A stretch of DNA of 32,000 nucleotides from Ruminococcus albus 7 = DSM 20455 (GTDB lineage: Bacteria; Bacillota; Clostridia; Oscillospirales; Ruminococcaceae): assembly GCF_000179635.2 (NCBI RefSeq), contig NC_014825.1, positions 210,001 to 242,000 on the forward strand. The letters are read 5' to 3'. The position numbers and the translations under genes were made by a program. Below, in pieces: positions 16,697 through 24,454 of the stretch; the first letter of the stretch is position 1; the number at the start of each line of letters is the position of its first letter. Below the pieces are notes generated by a model. That model searched no databases. It was not told the origin of the DNA and saw nothing but the letters and a program-made list of their open reading frames with translations.

Positions 16697-16953
16697 TTCT
16701 TACCTCTTTTCGTAATATAATAGTAGCCGCACGCAGAGCCTGCAAGCATGATGCCGTCAAGGACGCTGAATTTCAGCGTATGCAGCTGTGAAGCTATCTC
16801 CGGGTCGAATAGTCCTCTGATGACCGTTAAAAGAATAGCCGCCGCGAATACGATAATTACAATGATAAAACGCTTGTCCTTCTTTGGCTCGCTTTCCCTT
16901 TCGGAGCTGTCCGTGAACGGAAAGAAATTATTTCTCTTAAAAAATCCGAACAT
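16693..16953 (-). CDS. Small membrane protein (86 aa, two predicted TM helices)
   Basis: Track ORF. The start overlaps the upstream stop (TGATG). Hydrophobic FIIVIIVFAAAILLTVI and GIMLAGSACGYYYI. Confidence 0.6.
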   Translation of the reverse strand: MFGFFKRNNFFPFTDSSERESEPKKDKRFIIVIIVFAAAILLTVIRGLFDPEIASQLHTLKFSVLDGIMLAGSACGYYYITKRGKK

Positions 16954-18653
16954 CAGATACCCCCTTGTTCAAGCGCGTAATAGTAAGTCCAAAATAGATT
17001 TGTTTCATCTTCCGTAAATCCGAACTTGCCGAGCGCCGTTTCAACATCGTAATTCGTGACCTCGCCCTTGTATATCGTGTGGTCGGGGTTGTCGCAGTAA
17101 ACGGTAGTCGTTTTTATGGTAATATCGTCCCAGTCGATCTTGTTAAAGCCGTCGCTGTCGATATTATATGTTACCTCCCAGTCGGAACCGCTGACGCCCG
17201 CGTCACAGGAGCCGGTTATCGTTCCTCCGTCAGTAGTGGCGATAGTAAGGTCTGTCCACACTGATGATGTATGCTCATAGCAAGTGCCGCGGAAGGAAAC
17301 AGCATACTCATTTGAACTTGCGATATATGCCGTATTAGATACATAAAAATCACCGTTTGCCGCAGTAAGCTCGGTATCCTCGTCCTTCATGCAGTCGCAG
17401 TTGGGACAATATCCCGTTTCGGTGTCCTGCCAGTATTCATAGAATTTCTCTATAACGTCGGCAATGGTTTCATCGGAGATATTGTCGTTTCCGTTTTTAT
17501 ACTCGATAAGAGCCGCCGCAGCAATAACGCCGTTTTCATCGACCGAGATCGAAGTGCTGCCATATTGATTCAGAGAAGTTATCTCACTGCCATCATAGCG
17601 GTATTCGGGAGTATAAGTAAACACGCCGTCAAGCTCGGTCTGCTTTGCAGCCTCTATCGCCTGCACCTGTTCGTGATAGCCTTGCAGAAAGATAGTCTTG
17701 TCTACGTTCGGGTCTTTCGGATCCATCCATGAAAACATTGAACTGATCGCTGTAATAATCATCGAAAGAAATCCCGACAATAGATTTACGCAAAGCAGTA
17801 TCAGCAAAGCACCAAGCGCTACGACTATAAATCCCTTTGACGTTATAAGTTTGCCAATAACGCTCGCGGATTTTTTAACAACCTCACCTGCTGCCTTGCC
17901 GCCTGCTTTTGCACCGCTTTTTGCAGCCCTCTTTGCATGATTTTTACGGATAATGTTCTCCCGTATCTTACGGATCTTCTGCACGTCCTGCTTGACAGCC
18001 TTCGGCGTTTCCTTTATATTTCGTGCAGTCTTTATACCTCCCTGAGCGGCATTGTAAATACCTCGTCCGGCATTCTCGATATATCTGACATCGGTCAGCC
18101 CCTGCTTTACAGCTTCCGTTCCGGTATCGGTCGTTGTGGACTTGTCGATCTTGGTTTGCAGGAGTGACTTGCCGCCCTCCCTGACAGCGTTAGATACAGC
18201 GCCTTTGGCTGCCGTTCCGATACTGCTAAAAGTCTTGCCCACATCTTTGACCGAACCGACCCTCACACCATTCCTGACCGCTGTTTGTATGCGCCCCACG
18301 GTATTTCGAGTGCCGCCCACAGCAGTACGGATAGCACCGCCGCTTTGTATGACACCGCCTGCCGCTTCAAGAGTGCTCTGAACGGTAGTAATATTATTTG
18401 GGCTTTCTTCCTCGCCCTTTGCGGTGATATATTTCTTCCGAGCCAGTTTCATCTTTCGACTCTTGAAATAGTCCTTTCTGCGGTCAATATCCCGTAGCTG
18501 CCGCAGGCGTTCCTCACGGTTGACGTTCGGATTTTTCAGCACCAGATCTTTACCGCCCCACGCCGTCTGAATGTTGCCATGTTTGACGGATTTAATATGA
18601 TACCGATTAGCCACGCCAACCGTAGATTTCTTCGTTTCTATACCATCGCGCAA
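16953..18653 (-). CDS. T4SS-associated bitopic membrane protein (566 aa): basic Gly/Ala/Lys-rich N-terminal half, one TM, Cys-containing extracytoplasmic C-terminal domain
   Basis: Track ORF. TM segment GFIVVALGALLILLCVNLLSGFLSMIITAI. C-terminal GYCPNCDC..GTCYEH..GSCDAG..VYCDNPDH. I could not recognise a hydrolase motif. Confidence 0.7.
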   Translation of the reverse strand: MRDGIETKKSTVGVANRYHIKSVKHGNIQTAWGGKDLVLKNPNVNREERLRQLRDIDRRKDYFKSRKMKLARKKYITAKGEEESPNNITTVQSTLEAAGGVIQSGGAIRTAVGGTRNTVGRIQTAVRNGVRVGSVKDVGKTFSSIGTAAKGAVSNAVREGGKSLLQTKIDKSTTTDTGTEAVKQGLTDVRYIENAGRGIYNAAQGGIKTARNIKETPKAVKQDVQKIRKIRENIIRKNHAKRAAKSGAKAGGKAAGEVVKKSASVIGKLITSKGFIVVALGALLILLCVNLLSGFLSMIITAISSMFSWMDPKDPNVDKTIFLQGYHEQVQAIEAAKQTELDGVFTYTPEYRYDGSEITSLNQYGSTSISVDENGVIAAAALIEYKNGNDNISDETIADVIEKFYEYWQDTETGYCPNCDCMKDEDTELTAANGDFYVSNTAYIASSNEYAVSFRGTCYEHTSSVWTDLTIATTDGGTITGSCDAGVSGSDWEVTYNIDSDGFNKIDWDDITIKTTTVYCDNPDHTIYKGEVTNYDVETALGKFGFTEDETNLFWTYYYALEQGGI

Positions 18654-18706
18654 GATACTCTTTTCGGGAGTATCACGCGCCTTCTGCGTTCTTATCTCTA
18701 TTCAGA

Positions 18707-21556
18707 TCACCCCTTGTTATGGTTGTATTCCGATACCTCATTGAAACTACTGGTCATCAAGCGGTACAAATTGTTCTTCGGGAACTTATCCCTGAACGGA
18801 ATAATAGAACCGCCGCAGCATATAAGTCCCTGTCCCGAATCGCTGTTTGTAACATATGACAGCAGGTTGTCCGAGATATTGAGTATCTTTGCAAGCTGCA
18901 CTCTGTCACTTGTCGCCTGATTGAGCATCATAACAAAATCGGTATTGGAAAGCATAGAACGAGCTGTTTCCGATTTCAGCAAGTCCTCAACATTCTGAGT
19001 AATGCCCGTAGGAACGCCGCCCCATTTACGCGCTCTCTTGTAAAGCTCATAAAGGAAATTTGCGGAATATTCGTTAGCAAAAAGCAAATATATCTCATCC
19101 ATATATATCCATGTGCGCTTGCCCTGCGCTCTGTTGACAGTAATTCTGTTCCAAACGTAGTCCAGAACTATAAGCATACCCAGCGTTTTCAGCTGCTTGC
19201 CCAAGTCCTTTATATCGTAGGAAACAACACGGTTTTTAACGTCAACATTTGTCTTGTGAGCGAATACGTTCAGATTGCCCTTAATGTAAAGTTCAAACGA
19301 CAGCGCCAGTCCCTTTGCTTCCTTTTCCGGCTGCGCTTTGAGGTTCTCATAGAACTCCATGAGAGTCGGTATCTTGTCCGGGTCGAACTTGATGAGATAC
19401 TCGCCATAGGTCATTGTAAGGCAGCGGTCAATAATAGCCTTTTCTTTGGCTGTAAGTCCCTGCTTGCCGACCAGACACTCGCAGAACGAGAGTATGAAAT
19501 CCGACTTCATTACAAGCGGTGATTCATCATCGGAATAATCTTTCGACATATCCAGCGGATTGATGAAATTGTTGCTCGCAGGGGAAACAAATATCGTTTC
19601 TCCGTTTAGCGCCGCAACAAGGTTTGTGTACTCTCTTTCGGGGTCGATGATGATTATATCATCATCGGTAGCTAGAAATACATTCAGCATCTCACGCTTG
19701 GCGCTGAAACTCTTGCCCGAGCCGGGGGAACCGAGAATAAAGCCATTCGGGTTTTTAAGCTGTAAGCGGTCAAAAAGTATCATATTATTCGACAGCGCAT
19801 TCAAGCCGTAGTATTTTCCGTTCTTATGGTTTATTTCTTTTCCGCTAAAGGGCATCAGTACTGCCGTGCTTTCGGTTGTCAGCGTCCTGCGGATTTTGAG
19901 CGTACAGTTACCCAGCGGCAGAACGCTTTGCAAGCCTTTCTCCTGCTGGAATTTCAATGTGGAGAGCGAACAAATATGCTTACGCACCACAGCTTCTATT
20001 GCTTCGGTGTTGCTTTCAAGCTCCTCCATGTCCTTTGCCGTCACCATTATGATGATATTGTCAAGGAACATTTTCTGGTTTTTAGAACGAAGGTCATCCA
20101 AAAGCTCCTCGGCTTCGATAAGACTGTGTTTCAAGTCCTCGTTAATAACGTCCGAAGTGTACCCCGACTGTATCGCCTTTTTCTCAGCTTGCAGCTTGTT
20201 CGCCCTCATGGAAGTCAGCTGATGATTTACTATTTTCAGCGCCTTGTACGGGTCAACGGGTGCAATGTTCACAGTGACCATGACATCAAGATTGGTATTC
20301 GCAATATCCGTCAGCAGATTGTCTTTCAGACTTGCGGGCATATCCTTGATGAACATGGTGCGGGCATATTTATCGCCCCACATGAAGTAGTGTTTTTTGA
20401 ACTCCAGATAATCGGGACAGCAGTAGCCGCGCTCCGCCTGCCGCTTGAAATGCTTTGCTGTAAGCTCCGGAATTTCTTCATCAACGTTGCGGAAAATATC
20501 CTTGAGTAAACAAATACGCTCATTAGAGGTCAGTGCCTTTATGTTAGAGCCAACCTTCTTGAAAGCGTTCAGCAGTTCAAGATCAATGGTGTTGAACTTG
20601 GTCTGCGCATTTTCAAGGTCGGCAGCCTGCAAGGTGACGGTAATATACTTGTTTCTGATGATACCGTTCTGCCCCTGCTCCATTTTCTCGATGAGCATAT
20701 CGTTATACTCATCGCGGTAGTTATCGTAACCGTCGCCCTTGTGACCGATAAGCACCATGCGCTCGAAATCGGCACGATTGACGCGGTTATTATGTACCGT
20801 TATCTGAATGTCGGCGTTAGTATCGAAGCTGTTGAGCACCGAGCAATAGCCTAAGAAAATGCTCTCCTGCTCGTCCTGCTTGGCGATCTGATAATTTATA
20901 TCCTCAAACTTATATGTTTTGGAATATCGGTTATCGTCCACTTTGAAGATATAGTCGTCGCACACCCTCTGGTATGGCAGAGTTTTCTGCACCGTTTTGG
21001 GTACGACACGCTTTTTCTTGATCTTCTTCTGCTTAGGCTTCTTCTTGTTTTCCTCACGAAGCCTGATCTCGTCGCGCTCCTTTGCCGTAAGCGCCGATAA
21101 TTCGGATTCTTCTTTCTTTTTCTTACCGCGCACCTTTACCATGATTACCGCCGCAGCGATCACCACTCCGAAAGCCCCGGCAAGCAGAGTAAAAGCCTGC
21201 GCCTGCTTTGCGTTGAGCGTTATAACGGGCTGCTCCGTAACTGAAGAAACCTCTGTCTCGCTCGCCGTACCCGATGAAAGAACCGTTTCCGCACTCACTT
21301 CTCCTTCTGATGAAACTGTCTCGGATATATCTTCTTCCGACGTGTATCCGCTCTCATAAGGTGAAGCTTCGGAATGACCGGAATACGTTGTCTGCGGATA
21401 ATAGGTCGTGGTCTGCTGTACTCCGGTCTGTGCATAGCTGTCAACTCCCTCATATATGTTATCGGCTGAACTCTGCGGAGAGGTATATGTAACCGGCGCA
21501 GCAGTTGTGACCGTTGTGTTTGTAGTAATAGTTTCGGGCGCAGACGCTTCTGACAT
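18707..21556 (-). CDS. virB4: VirB4-family conjugal transfer ATPase with an unusual ~190-aa N-terminal extension (S/T-rich region, TM helix, Lys-rich segment)
   Basis: Walker A GSPGSGKSF (about 19707-19733). Walker B-like TWIYMDEIYLLF. Core N-terminus QKTLPYQRVCDDYIFKVDDNRYSKTYKFEDINY is typical of Gram-positive VirB4/TcpF/PrgJ-like proteins. Confidence 0.9.
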   Translation of the reverse strand: MSEASAPETITTNTTVTTAAPVTYTSPQSSADNIYEGVDSYAQTGVQQTTTYYPQTTYSGHSEASPYESGYTSEEDISETVSSEGEVSAETVLSSGTASETEVSSVTEQPVITLNAKQAQAFTLLAGAFGVVIAAAVIMVKVRGKKKKEESELSALTAKERDEIRLREENKKKPKQKKIKKKRVVPKTVQKTLPYQRVCDDYIFKVDDNRYSKTYKFEDINYQIAKQDEQESIFLGYCSVLNSFDTNADIQITVHNNRVNRADFERMVLIGHKGDGYDNYRDEYNDMLIEKMEQGQNGIIRNKYITVTLQAADLENAQTKFNTIDLELLNAFKKVGSNIKALTSNERICLLKDIFRNVDEEIPELTAKHFKRQAERGYCCPDYLEFKKHYFMWGDKYARTMFIKDMPASLKDNLLTDIANTNLDVMVTVNIAPVDPYKALKIVNHQLTSMRANKLQAEKKAIQSGYTSDVINEDLKHSLIEAEELLDDLRSKNQKMFLDNIIIMVTAKDMEELESNTEAIEAVVRKHICSLSTLKFQQEKGLQSVLPLGNCTLKIRRTLTTESTAVLMPFSGKEINHKNGKYYGLNALSNNMILFDRLQLKNPNGFILGSPGSGKSFSAKREMLNVFLATDDDIIIIDPEREYTNLVAALNGETIFVSPASNNFINPLDMSKDYSDDESPLVMKSDFILSFCECLVGKQGLTAKEKAIIDRCLTMTYGEYLIKFDPDKIPTLMEFYENLKAQPEKEAKGLALSFELYIKGNLNVFAHKTNVDVKNRVVSYDIKDLGKQLKTLGMLIVLDYVWNRITVNRAQGKRTWIYMDEIYLLFANEYSANFLYELYKRARKWGGVPTGITQNVEDLLKSETARSMLSNTDFVMMLNQATSDRVQLAKILNISDNLLSYVTNSDSGQGLICCGGSIIPFRDKFPKNNLYRLMTSSFNEVSEYNHNKG

Positions 21557-21646
21557 TGAAGCAGTGGTTACAGTAGTTGTCGCCGTCTTTCGCGTCGTTT
21601 CCGCCCTCGAACTGTCATTGTTAGTAGGAATCTCTATCGCCCCCTA

Positions 21647-22534
21647 TTAGTATTCGACAGGCTCACCATAATTGATCTTCTTGATACTCTGTATGTTGCT
21701 GCTCAGATCAAGACCGTACCAATTATAGTAGCCCCATGAACCGCTGTAAGCCACACACCCCGGCAGGCTTGCGTCGTCATAGATAAATTCTATGATACAT
21801 TTTCCGTTGCCCTCGCCGCCGAACCAGTGCCACTTGCCTTCGCCGTCATCTGCCCAGCCCTTGCTGTCGCACTGTTTGACGGTGAACTGTGTCCCGTCCT
21901 CCATACAAACGAGATAACGATCCCCGTCAAGCCCGAAGTGCAGACCCATAGCAACACAGTAATCTCCGTATTCATCACGGCGGATACCGGTATGCGTCAC
22001 GGGGTCGGGGATAGAGCCGTAAATAGCTCCCGACGCAGGTTGTGCCGTCAAGCCGCTGGCTCTCTCGCCCGCCATTGCCGAGGTCCAGCCGTCTATATGC
22101 TCAAATTCCCATATAACCTCAACGGTTTCAGTTTCAGCCTTTACGGTCTGACCCTTCAGCTTGGTTGACTTATCTTCGTTTTCTTTCAGTTCGGGGGTCA
22201 CAGTTATCTCATACTCAGTGCCTTCTCGGAGCCCGTTTATGTAGCACATATCGTTGCCCCGGAACTCGAAGTACATATTATCGGCGTACTCGCCGGCGGT
22301 CTCGGTGCTGCACTCAACATAATAGTCGCGGTCTTTCTCGGCGTTCCATGTCACCTTGATGGTGGACACGGAAATGTTGCTTGCTTTCAGATCGGTAACA
22401 GCAACTATTGGCGTAGGCTCCTTTATGGGCTTGGGTTCTGCCTTCGGCACATCTGCCGCCTGTGAGGACACCGCCACTGCTCCTGCCATTATCATTCGTA
22501 TAATGTGATTTACGAGCGGTTCAATACTTAACAT
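21647..22534 (-). CDS. Secreted FN3-domain protein with a C-terminal domain possibly of the 3D/RlpA-like (double-psi beta-barrel) peptidoglycan-lytic type
   Basis: AAGGAGG lies 5 nt before the ATG. Signal-like N-terminus. FN3-like VSTIKVTWNAEKDRDYYVECS..GTEYEITVTP. C-terminal CVAMGLHFGLDGDRYLVCMEDGTQFTVKQCDSKG..CIIEFIYDD loosely follows the 3D-domain pattern (aaD..G....i.g.G...v.DtG..i.G..iDly). The functional call is weak. Confidence 0.7.
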   Translation of the reverse strand: MLSIEPLVNHIIRMIMAGAVAVSSQAADVPKAEPKPIKEPTPIVAVTDLKASNISVSTIKVTWNAEKDRDYYVECSTETAGEYADNMYFEFRGNDMCYINGLREGTEYEITVTPELKENEDKSTKLKGQTVKAETETVEVIWEFEHIDGWTSAMAGERASGLTAQPASGAIYGSIPDPVTHTGIRRDEYGDYCVAMGLHFGLDGDRYLVCMEDGTQFTVKQCDSKGWADDGEGKWHWFGGEGNGKCIIEFIYDDASLPGCVAYSGSWGYYNWYGLDLSSNIQSIKKINYGEPVEY

Positions 22535-22543
22535 TTTGCCTCC

Positions 22544-22939
22544 TTACTTTTTCCTGAAAAGCCGCTTCTTCCGGGACTTCTTTTCCTCTGTTTCAGTGAT
22601 AAGCTCCTCGGTCATGTATCCGTTTCTCAGCTCCATAAAGGGCGGTTCATACGAATATATCCTTTGCTGCGGAGAGGTATAGAATCTTATGATCTCCAGT
22701 GCGAACTGCTCAAACGCCATATCGTTATACCGGAAAAATCCCGTAAACATTAGCGGAACAGCTATGAGGATAACGACCCACGAAACAGCCTCCTGCGGCA
22801 GAAATCTGTTGCCGAAAATGTATATCGGCACACAGATGAGCAGCGCTATTGCCGTACAAATACACTGCCGCAGCGTCAGTCCGAAAAACAGCTTTTCACG
22901 ATAGTTCTTTATTTCTTTAGGAATACGGATCTCTATCAT
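22544..22939 (-). CDS. prgI: PrgI-family (VirB3-like) T4SS membrane protein
   Basis: MIEIRIPKEIKNYREKLFFGLTLRQCICTAIALLICV..AVSWVVILIAVPLMFTGFFRYNDMAFEQF matches the PrgI-family pattern. I prefer ATG 22939 (GAGGTG 7 nt upstream) over the track start 22966. Confidence 0.8.
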   Translation of the reverse strand: MIEIRIPKEIKNYREKLFFGLTLRQCICTAIALLICVPIYIFGNRFLPQEAVSWVVILIAVPLMFTGFFRYNDMAFEQFALEIIRFYTSPQQRIYSYEPPFMELRNGYMTEELITETEEKKSRKKRLFRKK

Positions 22940-23045
22940 AGGCATACACCTCGTAGAAATAGTCATTCAGCCGCACAAGTACGCAGATGGTGTATATTAT
23001 CCCCGCAGCACCCGCGAACACGGCAGCCCAACTCATGAACTGCAT
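22917..23045 (-). CDS. Micro-ORF, 42 aa, single TM (MQFMSWAAVFAGAAGIIYTICVLVRLNDYFYEVYAYDRDPYS)
   Basis: Not in the track (below 60 aa). ATG 23045 lies 7 nt after GGGGGAG and 3 nt after the stop of the preceding micro-ORF. Its 3' end overlaps the prgI start. Confidence 0.35.
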   Translation of the reverse strand: MQFMSWAAVFAGAAGIIYTICVLVRLNDYFYEVYAYDRDPYS

Positions 23046-23048
23046 CTC

Positions 23049-23135
23049 TTATCTCCCCCTTACCCTGCGCACGATAAATGCGCCTACTGTCCCGACAGCG
23101 ATGACCGCTGCGGAAACAATTATCTTCTTGACCAT
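23049..23135 (-). CDS. Micro-ORF, 28 aa, single TM (MVKKIIVSAAVIAVGTVGAFIVRRVRGR)
   Basis: Not in the track. ATG 23135 is preceded by GGTAGGTGA (5 nt spacer). Classic layout: basic N-terminus, 18-aa hydrophobic core, Arg-rich C-terminus. Fills the gap between the VirB6-like gene and prgI. Confidence 0.4.
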   Translation of the reverse strand: MVKKIIVSAAVIAVGTVGAFIVRRVRGR

Positions 23136-23156
23136 TCACATCACCTACCCTCTGTA

Positions 23157-23954
23157 CTAACCACATCCGATAGCTTGACGCGCCCATTGCCCCGATTTCG
23201 CAACACCCAGAGCCAATGACAGCGCTACTATTGTTATTCCTACCTTGTCCGAGCCTCCCATCAGGTCAATGACCTGCGAGAAGGAATAGAACATCAGCAC
23301 CACTACTAACCCTTGCAGGCAGACAGCGGCATAGTACTTCAGGAAAGCCTTTGCGCTGTCGTGCCAGCCCTCTGCCGCGAATGTAGCAAGCGGTATAGGG
23401 GAAACGGCGGTGTAGACAACTATCTCGAAAATACGCCCGATAAGTATAAGGTTTATCACCCAGCAGGCACCCATGAGAATGAGAAAGGTAGGCATGACCT
23501 CTAAGTATTTTACAAGGTAGTTCAGATTCATGAACCCCTCCTCGGCGGGCTCGCTGAGGATAGCATCCGTTTCAAAGCTTGATAAGAAACCATAGCTTTC
23601 TTCAACGAGCCCTGCCGCAAGTCCATTGAAACTGTTGTAGATTATCCCCATCAAAGCGCTCGCATTCTGTACGATGACCTTAGCGAGAATAAATCTGAAA
23701 AATACCTTGAAGACCTGTTCGTATGATTGTAACTTCAAAAGCATAGCCTCGTTGCAAAGCTGCATTGCGAAAAACAGCGATACAAGCACAAGAGCCACGC
23801 CCTCAACAGCCGACATCGCCGTGCTTACGGCGGTTATCGAGCTGTTAAAAGGAGATATCGTGAGGGTCTCCATTGCGGTGTCGAAGGCGTTGTTTATCAT
23901 GCAAAGCCAGTCGTACACCCAATCCTCGACGGTTTCCCATTCAATAAAACTCAT
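23157..23954 (-). CDS. VirB6/TrbL-like polytopic T4SS channel membrane protein (265 aa)
   Basis: Track ORF with at least 5 hydrophobic helices. Positioned between Maff2 and PrgI, as in Firmicutes T4SS loci. GGGGTGGTG lies upstream of the ATG. Confidence 0.75.
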   Translation of the reverse strand: MSFIEWETVEDWVYDWLCMINNAFDTAMETLTISPFNSSITAVSTAMSAVEGVALVLVSLFFAMQLCNEAMLLKLQSYEQVFKVFFRFILAKVIVQNASALMGIIYNSFNGLAAGLVEESYGFLSSFETDAILSEPAEEGFMNLNYLVKYLEVMPTFLILMGACWVINLILIGRIFEIVVYTAVSPIPLATFAAEGWHDSAKAFLKYYAAVCLQGLVVVLMFYSFSQVIDLMGGSDKVGITIVALSLALGVAKSGQWARQAIGCG

Positions 23955-23989
23955 GTGTCACCACCCCATTTCGACAAGAGAAAGGGAGC

Positions 23990-24454
23990 TTACATGGTGA
24001 ACATATCGTAAGCCTTAGCGACCGCGAACACGATGAAGCCTGATGCCAGACACATAAGACCTCTTGTCTTGCCGTCTGCCGAATCGTCCTTGAAGCCGAG
24101 TGCAAACTGGATAGCACCGATAAAGCCGATAACAAGACCGATACGGGCTACCCAGTCAACGATGAACTGAACGACCGTGTTAAAAGTCTCAACACCGTCA
24201 CCGCCGCCTCCTTCGCCCTCAGCAAATGCTGTGATACCGAAAAGCGAAGTCATCATCATGACCGCCATAAAGCCCATAGAGATCCTGCGCACAGCTCGCT
24301 CACGCTTTCTGTCACGCTGCTCGACTGTCAGTTCACTGTTTCTTGTAAAATCCTCTTTGAAGGCGGTCTTTATCTCAGCCGCCTTGTTACGAATCCACTT
24401 CGTAGTAACCATCTCCTTAAAATTCATCATAATTATCAAGGTAATCATTTGCAT
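23990..24454 (-). CDS. Maff2-family small membrane protein (start uncertain)
   Basis: Internal signal-like MGFMAVMMMTSLFGITAFA/EGEGGGG, then two hydrophobic helices (RIGLVIGFIGAIQFALGF, GLMCLASGFIVFAVA). Matches my recollection of the Maff2 layout. The track start overlaps the end of virD4, and alternative ATGs exist at 24427 and 24412. Confidence 0.65.
   Translation of the reverse strand: MQMITLIIMMNFKEMVTTKWIRNKAAEIKTAFKEDFTRNSELTVEQRDRKRERAVRRISMGFMAVMMMTSLFGITAFAEGEGGGGDGVETFNTVVQFIVDWVARIGLVIGFIGAIQFALGFKDDSADGKTRGLMCLASGFIVFAVAKAYDMFTM

Noticed and set aside
22963-23187. 74-aa minus-strand track ORF (MGASSYRMWLVQRVGDVNGQEDNCFRSGHRCRDSRR...).
   Set aside because: Arg/Gly/Cys-rich composition typical of an off-frame read. 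It overlaps the end of the VirB6-like gene and has no SD. The interval is better explained by the two SD-preceded hydrophobic micro-ORFs in other frames.
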